DNA of 60,000 nt from NCBI GenBank assembly GCA_051294905.1, contig CM119372.1, forward strand, positions 21,206,001 to 21,266,000, given 5' to 3'. This stretch comes from Botryllus schlosseri (Eukaryota). Under the pieces are notes generated by a model. It had not been told where the DNA came from. It worked only from the letters and a program-made list of their open reading frames with translations, and ran no database searches. How positions within the stretch are numbered: the stretch's first letter is position 1; every line of letters begins with the position of its first letter. Positions 12,390 through 24,300 of this stretch are shown here, piece after piece. A program made the position numbers and the translations under genes.

Positions 12390-15300
12390 GTAAGTAGATT
12401 ATTTTGGGATGCTTCAGAGAAAAAGATTGTCGTGTAGTTCTGAAGCTGTTTGTTTGTGGTAGGCTATTTATGGTGTCTGTCAACTACAGTGGTCATTTAC
12501 ACCGGGTCGATTTTCCGCATTTTGATTCCACATCTGCCGACTTGTAGCACGGCCCATAGGCTTTTTAAGACACCGCTTACGCGGGTGACATGGCGAGGGG
12601 GAGCCTAGATAAACCTCCAACATTTAAGGGAGGAATTCTGGACTTAACCTCGGTCAGCCTCGAACCCACAACTCATTGCTGTCGCAACTGTGGATTATGC
12701 CACTATCTCTCCAGTCTCCACACTTCCGAAACCGTGATTCTAGCGGCAGTTCATATCGAGACCATCATATTTTGTGAAGTCGACAAGACATTTTTATTAT
12801 GCTTCTTATAGTTACTTGAGTATATATTGAGCAGGGATTTCGATGTAGGCCTATGTCCTTACCGTTACAGTATTTCAACACCTAGCAGTCCAATGTTCCC
12901 TCTAATTTTTCACGAGTCTACGCACACTCGCCAACTCACTGCGTGGTCCCTTGGACAACAGTGCATAACGACTAAAACAAAAGGTCATCACTCCGGATTT
13001 TTTGTGCGCAGCTTAGATTTTCTGTGCGCAGAGACCGTGTCAGCATTGTGCACTTGCGCAGCTTAGAGGGAACATTGCCTAGCACGACCCAAGGTATTTG
13101 ATAGCGATTTCACCATTTCAACATCGAAGAATCAATTCGTAAACGATGCTTAGCTTATAACGCAGATAATTTTCTGTAGCGTAAGGCAGAGCGCGCGCGC
13201 TGCACAGATATAATATGAATTTTTCTCCTAACCGTCTATATGTCATGCAAAGTGTACGGGCGGACGGATAGTTATCGTGGTATTTGATACTACCGACTAT
13301 ACCACAATACAATGAATAATTCACGCCTATTCGACGGGAAAGTCCTTGTAATGTGGATTCTTTATTAGTTCTGATTGTATAAGAAGCGATCGATTGTGCC
13401 GCCGAATTCGTCTGACTGACGAGACATCTTGAAGTTCAACTGCATCACGGGTAGCCAGAGATGAGCGAATTTTCCAATTTCGTAATCCGAATTATCCCAG
13501 CTCAAGTTGGCAGTTTGAAATGAAAAGTCTGAAAAAATCCGGCAAAATCATATGTAACAATTTTTTATATTTCAGTAGAAAAATCCTGCTAAAACTCGAA
13601 TTGCAAATAGAAAAATTCAAAGTCCCAATCCAGTTCCGCTACGGTAAAAATCCATAAAATCTCGCTCCGGTCTCGACTCCTGAACCGGATCGTGATCACC
13701 TCTGCCTGTCGCAGCGCTGTCAATTATGATGCGATATTCGGTATAGGTTAGACTAGTAATATTCTCACATCACGACAACGCAAATAGCTATTCTATTCTG
13801 TGCGATTCAATAGATGGCTAATAAAATCATGCCGAAAAGAATGGAAGGCGACGAGGAGTCCGTCAAAGGAAGGCCATTTCCTGTGCGAACCGTACCAATC
13901 CAACAAGAATATATCAGGAAACAATCCAGTCCAGCTGCATTTCAAATCGGAACGGATATGATTAGACCGTGGTAAGCCGCAATCGTGACGCAGTAGCATA
14001 TCGCCGAACTGCACCAATATAGTTGTACTGGAAGTTTAGTTTAAACAGTGGCTTAAGAGACATTTCCGTTGAACAGTAGTGGGAACTCGCCCTCGGGTAT
14101 AAACCCCAACTCGTTTAAAGACAAGATTTATTGGCAAGCTCTGGGAAGTGGGTTAATCAAAGGTTAATTAATCTCTATCACGCGGTTACAGCGTTCATTC
14201 ATTTATTGTAATGTGCAGTGCGCATTTTGCCCCGACTGTTTCAATTTGATCTACTTATAGCTGCTGTGACTTGGAACGTTTATATAAATATATTCATATA
14301 TTTGTTGGCTGAAACGTCTCCGATGTAGTTGCAGCGTCAGTGTAATCGACCCGGAGGGATCACTGTTATACGCGTGGTTGGCTTTAGTGACTTTATGCTG
14401 GACATATTCTATATGGATGCTAATCGTGCGCCAGGCGTTTGTTGAGCTGCAAAAAGATAGCCAGGTAAGAATCATACTCCAGACTCTCCTAAGAGTATGT
14501 CAAATATGATACTAACTTAGCTTTCTGACTCCTTTAAATCCACGAGAGGCGCACTGGTAAGCATGTTTCTGACTATGAATCCCATGTTCAACCGTTCGAC
14601 TTCAATTCCTGCGCCCCGGTTCGTCTGTCTTGAGTAACCGATGAACGGTCTTACATGAAAAGTATAGATTTCAGCATCGCATCATAAGCTTAGCATTTTA
14701 ATGGCACATTTGATGTAGTAATCGGCTTTCTGTTATAACTGGGAACATTTTTGTTCGTTCCCCGTATCCCTTTTTCCCGCTTCGATTATAAAACTTTTAT
14801 CGATATATTTCAGTCAAGTTACTCTAGATACAGAGAGCAACCATGCCGTAATGTCCGCCCAAATCCCAATAACATGCATACCGTACCGTGATGCCGCCAC
14901 TGTTTTTGAATGAAAATTTTAAGATAGAATTGTGTCACAGCTCAAGGTGTAGAGAACAGTGTTGGGATCAAGTCCCTACCTTCGAGTCACAAGTCATCTC
15001 GAGTCATTGCACATTTTGCCTCGACTCAAGTCAAGTCAATCGATTTTTGAAGGTGACTCGAGTTAAGTCGAGTCAAGTCAAGTCAAGTCAAGTCAAGTCA
15101 CGAGTCAAGTAATAATTCAAGTCTTTTCGAAGTACGAGGTATGGTTAAGTGATGGCATTCGCCATCGAGGACCGAAAATAGAATTAAATAGACATGCAAG
15201 AAGGCGTTGTATAGCTCATGCATTCGTAGAATTGCTAAACTACGTAAGTAACTGTCTATAATTACACTGAGTGCCAACGATATTTTAACGGTTTCTAGGT

Positions 15301-18300
15301 ATGTTTGGGCTGCTGAGTCCGAAAATGACATCCGATTCTTTGAATTGGCTGAGAGTTTTGGCCCTGAAGTGAAATTCTATTCTGAAAGTATTGAAAAATT
15401 TATGCGTCACAGAATAAATCCAAGTTTGCCAACCTGAGAAAGATGGACATGAAACCACTGTTCCCTTTAATCTGCGCGCGTGCGCAATTGCGCAGTGCTG
15501 GCATGATCTCAGCGCACAGAAAATCTAAGCTGCGCACGCGCAAAAGAAAAGCCGAAGTGATGACCTTTTTTTAAGTCGTTACGTACTGTTGTCCAAGGGA
15601 CCACGCTATGAGTTGGTGAGTGCGCGCAAGCTCGTGAAAAATTAGAAGGAACATTACATGAAACTACTTGCTCTGTTCTCGTCTACATACATTTTCGACC
15701 ATGAACAATTGAACATTATTGCGCAAAGACTGCGTTCCAAAATAACTGATGTCCACGTGCAGTGCAGGGTTTCTACATACGACATGCAGCCAGAGCTCAA
15801 AGAACTTGGTGACAACTTTGACCGACCACAGCTGTCTGATTGATTCATTAAACACTGTTTTTGGTCTCTATACTTAAACTTGAATATATAAATTAAATAC
15901 GATTTATTCCTTGTATAGGTGAATAAATACGCGATGAATGGATATATTCTGTAATTCGGGCCGCCAAGTATTCCATATTCACATATATGGCCCGCCGACC
16001 GGAGAAGTTGCCCGCCCGCTTCATTTATTCGTTAAGACTTGCGATCTATCGGTGATGTCCTCCAAGAGACCACGACATCGACTAAAATTGGGTATAAAAC
16101 TGGTAGAGCGCTCAACCCTTGTCTGGTTTCTAGACAGCAATACATTAAGAATGCGTCAATCACAAGCCTCGTGTAAGACCTTTGCGTCTGCAGAATAATG
16201 GGATGCTAGCATAACATAACATTTTGAAAACGGTGCAATCGGTTTTGCAAGCGCGTCGCAAATAGAAATGTACAGGCTGCGTAAATCCAGGTTAATCTGG
16301 TCCAGAGTATTTCTATTTCAGACGGTGTGGCTGATACTGGATTACTCGGCCGATTTCATTTACGTCATGGACTTCGGGGTGCAGCTCCGGACCGGATACT
16401 TGGAGAACGGCCTTCTTGTGTACGACAGCTCGAAGCTCGCTCGGAATTATATCTTTTCAAGATGGTTCATCGTGGACCTTCTTTCTCTCACTCCGCTGGA
16501 CATTTACTTTCTCATCACTGGGACGGTTTATCCTATTTTTAGATTTCCGCGCTTCCTAAAGATTTACCGTGCCAAAGCATTCGCAAGGTTAGAATCGCTG
16601 CTACGTACATGTGTGATGATGATTGTTGATTAATACGAAGGGGATTGGCAAAATCAAGCCAAATCCGATTCGAATTGTACTCCAATAATCAGACTTGTAT
16701 CGAATCCATTCAGTGATTTAATACCCGAGAGAGAGAGAGAGTCACCCGATCAATATAAATTTTGCGGATATGTCATTTTAAAAGTGGTCTGGTGCACGAA
16801 GACCATAGTAGTCAAGCAACATCAACCCCGCATGCAACGACCCAAGATAGAATACCAATTTACTCCTTCAGAATAACAATGTAGCATGCATGTCCCATCG
16901 CAATGGACTCGCGCAGACCAGTTAACATGGTTATTGTGAGCTTCGAATCAAAACAGAAAACAACACAGATTTTAAAATTTTGAAAGCTTTTTTTCATGTC
17001 TCATAGCCACGCTCACCTACAAATGAAAATAGCATTCAAGGTTGCAATATTTTGGCGTACTACATTGCTGAAATTCTTCGAACCTATACTGTGCGTGTTG
17101 CTATTGTACTTGAGTAGCCATCGTGTTTCATGTACTTGTACCATTTGCAAAGTGTAATCAGCTATTGATAAACTTGAAATGCAAATGCGTATGTTATTTC
17201 TTACGCCGTTCGTGTCAAACAGCATTTGCTACTCGATCATCCAAATGTCTCTCATCGAACAGGCGTGCCGAATCCCGTACGTCATATCCAAACATGTTAC
17301 GGGTCGCGAATCTGTGTCACATGCTGCTGTTGCTCATGCATTGGTTTGCATGCTTTTATTACATGATCAGCGAATCGGAGGGATTTTTAGTCCCAGAGGG
17401 TACGTTATGTTGAAATATTGCTATGATTAATGATGCGTATCTAAGGCAGTGCTTCTCAGCCAACCTGTTTCAATTCCCGACGCACTTTTAATGCAAATTG
17501 AATTGTGCGACCCACAATCAGATATAGGCAATCGAATGAAAATCAAATTAATGAGAAAACATATCCAATTTACTATCAATGCGAATATTGAGCGTGCATC
17601 TTAGGCATTATCAGATAAATACTCGGCTCGATTGGAGAAAATCGCACAAGCAACGTATCATTAAGTCATTTAGGGAGCGTCCGTTTTCAGGCTGTTCCGA
17701 GCCTTGCATTTGGTTACTGCAGCAGTTGAGAAGCCGGACTCACAAAAGGTATATACACTATGCAGTGGTGAAAGGCAAGAGAAAATTGATGGCGCTCTCT
17801 ACGGTATAGGCTATTGAATAGATAACTAACATCCAGAAATTATTCGCGACCCATCGGAAGTTGCTTAACGACCCACCGATGGGTCGCGACCCACTGGCTG
17901 GGAAGCACTGTGTTAAGCGTAAAATTATGCCTATGCTTATAGATGTGGGGTCTAGAAGGGTACATGCCGAGGTATAGGTGTTTATGCTACTCATAATTTT
18001 GTATCAAAGATTTTTTAAATTTCTTGAAAACTGAGTTGCGTATTTGATTAGGAGACGTCGCGAAGTCATTTCAACTGCATTCTTCCTATTTATTTTCATA
18101 TAATCGATATTGTGTTGCTCTCTCAGGTCACGGTAATTATTTAATGATTACGCGTGATAGTTGAGCATTAGGGCTCTTCAAAAATGACTTTTTTTTCTCA
18201 AATCGCACTGGCTACTTGATAAAATTGTTAGGTTACCTAATTTAAGCCTGCACATCAAATTTGGTTCAATTCCAACCAGTAGCCGCATTGCTACATGAGA

Positions 18301-21300
18301 ATGAAGTTTCCATTTATTGTATAAAAGGAATAACAAAAAATATGAAATTTTTCTGAAAGTGTTAGGTTGTCTATAGAAACGATGTTCACCAAGTTTGGTT
18401 CAATTCCAACCAGTGGAAGCGGAGTTATCGCCGTCTAAAAATTTGGATTATGAATAAAATAGTATTTACGGTGACCAATTCTTTACGGTGCCCACCGTAA
18501 ATACTATTTTATTCTAATCCAAATTTTTCGACGGCAATAACTCTGCTTGTACTGGTTGGTATTCAACCAACTTTGGTGAACACCGTTTCTATAGACAACC
18601 TAACACTTTCACGGGGTGAACAGGAAATTTTCAAATTTTTTGTTATTTAATTTTATATATTAAATAGAAACTTTCTTCTCCTGTAGCAATGCGGCTACTG
18701 GTGGGAATTGAACCAAATTTGGTGTGTAGGCTTAAATTAGGTAACCTAACAATTTTATCAAGTAGCCAGTGCGATTCTAGAAAAACAGTCATTTTTGAAG
18801 AGCCCTATTGAGCATAGCTATTGAAGCATAGCTGTAAAATATCATGCACAATGCCTTCTCAGTTTTATATTAGCACCATGGGCCTCGATACCAATGTTTT
18901 AAAAAGGCTGCCATTACAACCCTTAGTAATTTAATTATTTTAAAATGTTATTCATGGATCCAAACTTTTCCCTATGAAATGGCCATAATGTACCACACAC
19001 GTTATATTACTATTTTATTGCTTATGGAATCACCGACTTATCTCCAGGACCACTACCTCAGATCTACTTGCCGGAGTCGAGAATACAAAATCATTATCGA
19101 GCAATACTTATACGTTTTAGAATCATATTACCGCAATGACTCATACGGTAGATTGTAATAAAATATCTTTTCCGCAGGGACAGTCCGTGGATGGGCGTAC
19201 CCTCTACAGTTCAATGCATCAGTTGGGTCACAATGGACCAGGCTTCGACGGAAGTACCTCCATTCGGTATACTGGTCATGTCTTACATTAACCACGATCG
19301 GCGAAAAGCAATCACCCGATACCGACATTCAGTACGATTCATTCCTGCTACTTCTGACAAGTTTTACACCGCGGTGCCGAATTTCCTCTGCATAGCAGAT
19401 ATGAACGAACCTAACACATCCAAATCCTGTTCCGAGTTTCACATTCAATCCAAGTCTACCATCCGAATAATTCATTATAAATTAACTCCTATCTTAAACG
19501 GACTAAATTCTTCAAAGGCGTTTAAAAAATGTAAAAGTTAATAACAATCTTATGCTGATCGACGTCAAGATCTCGATCACGATACCTGCTGTCCAGCCAG
19601 AGAAGGTTAAAGTAATCATACTACTCGTGTAGATATGGCGTAGATATAGCGATTTCCGACATAGTTTCGATAAACAAGTCATTAGTTGCGTTATCCGAAA
19701 TAATCAGAGATACAGATGCTTAATCCATATTTTCCACGAAATCACTTTGACAACAAACACTTCAGTTTATGCATACGATACAATGTGACAATAGCTTAGG
19801 TCTGCAACACATCTTTACTTGTTTTTCTTAATCGCCCATAGACACATTTTCGATGAGCGTTCGATAACGAAGATGCTATGAGTACAGTGTCCCCACTCGA
19901 CGGAGCTTTTGATTCGTTTATGTTGTGTTATTACGCATTGTATATATCTCCGTAACATCATGCATATTCAGGACCATATGCCCAGGTTTCCGAAAAGGTC
20001 AATTACGACAAAGGTCATGTTGTAATCTGATGACTGTCCGGTAACCGTACCATACTTTTGAACTTGAAGGGCGAAATAAGACCTTAACAGACGCAACTTA
20101 TCGTATACGATCATTACGACGTTCTAATGCTAGCTAACGCGATGTAATACACGTGATTGCTCATGCTTACGTTGGACTTATCGATTGTCATTGGCCGTAA
20201 TTTAATGAAATTTATATCTCACAGATACGTTTGCACGCTCTTCGCCTACTTTCTTGGCATATTCGTTTTCGCAACTGTCGTTGGTGAGTATCGTCTATTC
20301 AATCATTTTCAATCTCTGTCGGAAGATGGGGACATCCTTATTCTAGGTCCGTTCATCAAACTTTGAATATTAACTCATACTGACGTATACTAGATATAGC
20401 AACAATGGTTCGTTCGCATGCGCATTGCGAATTGCATGAACCAGATGTTAGTTAGGATGACATCAGTGTTATTCTATAAATGTCTTTACGAAACAGTATT
20501 TTGTACCAACCACAGATAATAATGATTACGAAACGTGGCAGGTGCCGTGGTCGCAATCCGTTTCTGTTTTGACAAGCGTGCCGATCCAGCGTTTCCGTTG
20601 TCTGGAAATGTGATTTTTACCGATCGATTTTTCGGTTCAATTCCACAATTACGCTGACCTTACCCTTCTAAATCCGTAACGTACTTGCGAGGTATTGATC
20701 GCGGTATTGTACGATGAAATCATAACACCTTGGTGGGTCTCCGCTAAAAGCAATTCTCACATTGTGACTTTCGAGCTTGCAATTTTGGCTTCTCAAGTGC
20801 TCATATATACCTCAACCCGGGGCCTACGATATTATCGATAATATCGTAGGCCCCGCTCAACCGTATCACAGGCATTAAATTTTACTTTGACTTGAGTTCA
20901 TCGATATGCATCGACATGCTATTGCTCATTTGTACATTATCTTATCCGTATAAATGATTGAAATCTGATTGTAATTTCAACCAAGCGCCTGGAAGGAGAC
21001 TTGAGAGGCAAGCCTCATAACCCCTGTCGCATTTGTATGAGAAAAGGCTAAGAAGGGTTACCATATTTTGGGACACCAATTCCGGACGCTCTTTAGCGTC
21101 CACTAGTGGATTTTAAAATGAGGTATGAGCCCATTGTCGATCAATATGATGTCACACCAGCAACACCTTGTCTATCGACTAGAGGTGGTCACGATCCAGT
21201 TCAGGAGTAGGCTATGGATTTTGGGTCCACCATAGGGTAATCGATGCGACTTCTGGGGGCTTACTATAGGTGTCTGGTCGTTAAATGATTTGAGTGAATT

Positions 21301-24300
21301 ATGTCAATAATATTGGTTCTTCCATAAATTACTGTATAATTTTGATCCTCTCTCCGCCCACATGACCAGAGTTAGCGATAGAGCTGGTGAACGATGATGA
21401 CTTTGAAAATGCAAGGAGGTTAATCGTTCATCGTTAAGTCATGTTCATATCACATCGATAAAATTATTTATCAGCCTAATGCCGGTGCGCACTGAATCAC
21501 TGAGATATATAAACACCGCACATCCAGTGGTTTCCAACCTTTTATGGTCGCGAGTCCATTTCCAATTTGCCGTGGCCCAGCTCCAAATTTGACAAGCTGA
21601 TTACTAGATTAAGGTCGGCAAATTTGCCCAGACTTAGTCACAGCCTATTTTGGAAGCTGACTACGTTCAACATATTCGCGAATCCCAGAATAAAGGCAAA
21701 CTACCGCCAGGTTTAGAACCACCATCATTGAATAAAGCATCCAAACGGTCTACACCAGGGGTGGGCAAACTACGGCCCGCGGGCCGCATGCGGCCCGCGA
21801 GAGTCTAAAGAAACTTATTGAAAATATTGATCAAATGCGTACTAAAAATCGAATTAATGCATAAACTTTTCCTTAGTATATTTCACCATGGTAAATCTAA
21901 GGAAGTGGGTCTCAGCCTCGGGGCCGCGTGCCCCTTGGGGTCATGAAAACATCTGAAATTGGATCGCAAAGCTGAACTTAACTGAAAATTTTTTCGCGCT
22001 TCGCGCGATTTCTTCCAATTCCTGGTTAGTGCTCTGTATTTAGTATGAATTTCATATTTAAAAATCTCTCATCAATAGTCGTAACCTTCCATGCCACCAA
22101 ACAATCCGTTAGGTTTGCTATAGCATCCTGATTGCGTTTTGTGATATGACGATAAGGGGGCGGGAAATCTACACATATAGTAGAAGCGTGTTTGAAGCTA
22201 ACATGGGTATGATGCTGTCAGCATTGTGTGTCCTGGAACTGAACCCAAAGCGGAATTAGTAAATCTATGAACTGATCACTTCTCACAGATTTAAATTTCA
22301 ATCCTGTTCTAACAATCGGGACAACTGACTTTCATCTCTATAGTTTTGACAAATTGGTTATTGAGGTCGACCAGCCTATGAAATCTCGCAATTGTTTCTG
22401 GTGCGTGTACGATATCATAGCAATATGTTTGGTTTGTTTCAAATAAGCATATATATTATCTCCCTGTCCTCACTATATAATCAATTACCAGCAATATGCC
22501 GTTTTGGTCTATGGTCCCAATTTTATGTAGTGCGGCCCGCGAATGGATTCAGATGTTGAATGCGGCCCGCGAGCTCAAAAGTTTGCCCACCCCTGGTCTA
22601 CACCGACTCTATGAATATACCGTTATCTTGTAATTGCGATTACAATTAGACATATTTCTGTAAATGAATGCTATTTTTATTTAATTTTGATCGCGGTTTT
22701 TGCGAGGCTGATAGTCCCCATATTAAAACTAATATATCTGATGCTAAATCGCGCGCTGCGCGAAGAAAAATTGCATGTAACATAAATCTGCCCAATAATA
22801 ATATTGTTTTTTTTGATTCATGAAAAGAATTATGAGCTTACTTCAAGCCTTCAAAATTCCGGACATTTGGGCATATTTTAGAAATTCCTCCCGGACGCAG
22901 TTGTAATGGTGAAATTCCGGACATGTCCGGGAAATTCCGGACGTATGGCAACCCTAGGCTAAGTGGCATTCTTCCGTTCCGTCAGACAAATTATTATCTT
23001 AGACCAGTGCTTTTCAACCTTTTTGAGCTCCGTTCGCACTTTTTTTGTAAAATAAATTTCATTCGCACAAACTAATCGAAAATTGTTATACAAAAAGAAG
23101 ATGAAGATAGGAGTAGTGAGGCTAAGGAACTTTGTTACCGTCCAATCAGAGAGCGCCACGTCATCCTAATTGCCACGCCCATTTTCATGCCCTAAGGGTA
23201 CATTCATCTGCTACGTCATCTGTGCCACATCATCAAGCGCCACGCCTATAGTGCCACATCATCCATCCATTGCTATATCATCGCTGCATTGATTGCCGCA
23301 TCTTGATACTTTTCTCAGATATTGTATTATGTGTATTTAGGACTAATATCATCCGTCCATATTTTTTAAACTTTATTTTATGTGTACAAGTTACGGTTTC
23401 TGCAGTTTCCACATTTTACGACTTATGATTGCCGCGTCAAATCTTACCTTAGCTAGAATCGACAGATTTTCTATTATGTGTATTTAGGACTATGTATTTA
23501 AATTCCTATTCAGATTATACATAAATGCGAAAACTATGATGTCTATGCAAGGCTATATTCTCCGGATAATATTATTAATATCAAAATTCTACACATCATC
23601 ACTAATTACTTAATATAAAATCCGATTTTGAGCGCTGCGACTTGATAATATGAATCCCTACGCTTCTGATGCATGATTTTTTGCGATAAGGACCCAGGTA
23701 ACATTCAGAGTCTGCAACGATTGTTTGGATATACATTATAGCAATACCCCACTAAACTATAGGCGGTTATATTACTCTATTGGTCAGAGATAACTCATCC
23801 TTCCATATTTTTAAACTTGATTTTATGTATACAAGTTACGCTCTCTGCAGCCCCACATTTTACGAATTATTTTCATTAGACGCAGGCAAGCGATTCTCCA
23901 GTTCGGAGGTACGGAAACAAATCACTCGCATGTGCGCGTTCCGAATAGTCTTGCAGAATTTTCTAAAGTCGTAACAGCTTAGTAGCATATACGCGAATCC
24001 CAAGGTGAAAATAATCGAACGAGCTATAGCCGCAGGCGTGCGATTCGCAGGGCTTTATTTATACAAACACTTTCGATGCCTGTACGCGAACCCCAGCGTT
24101 ATAACGATTAGGTCTAATTAGCACGTTCTGAAGCCGTAAATTTAGTCAACATCATTGAGATGTCCATGATTTAAATATGGTGATCGAGTGTGACAATAGC
24201 ACTCGTCAAGGTTAGACAAACATAACCTTAAACTACTCTCTACTTCACAAAATATAAAGAACGAACACCTTCGCCGCAGGTACGCGATCCTCGACGTTAT

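Noticed and set aside
19048..19147. Extra CNG exon just upstream of the pore exon (open frame DHYLRSTC...)
   Set aside because: It would leave a 30-nt intron and its entry phase does not match; the S5 and pore exons join in phase without it
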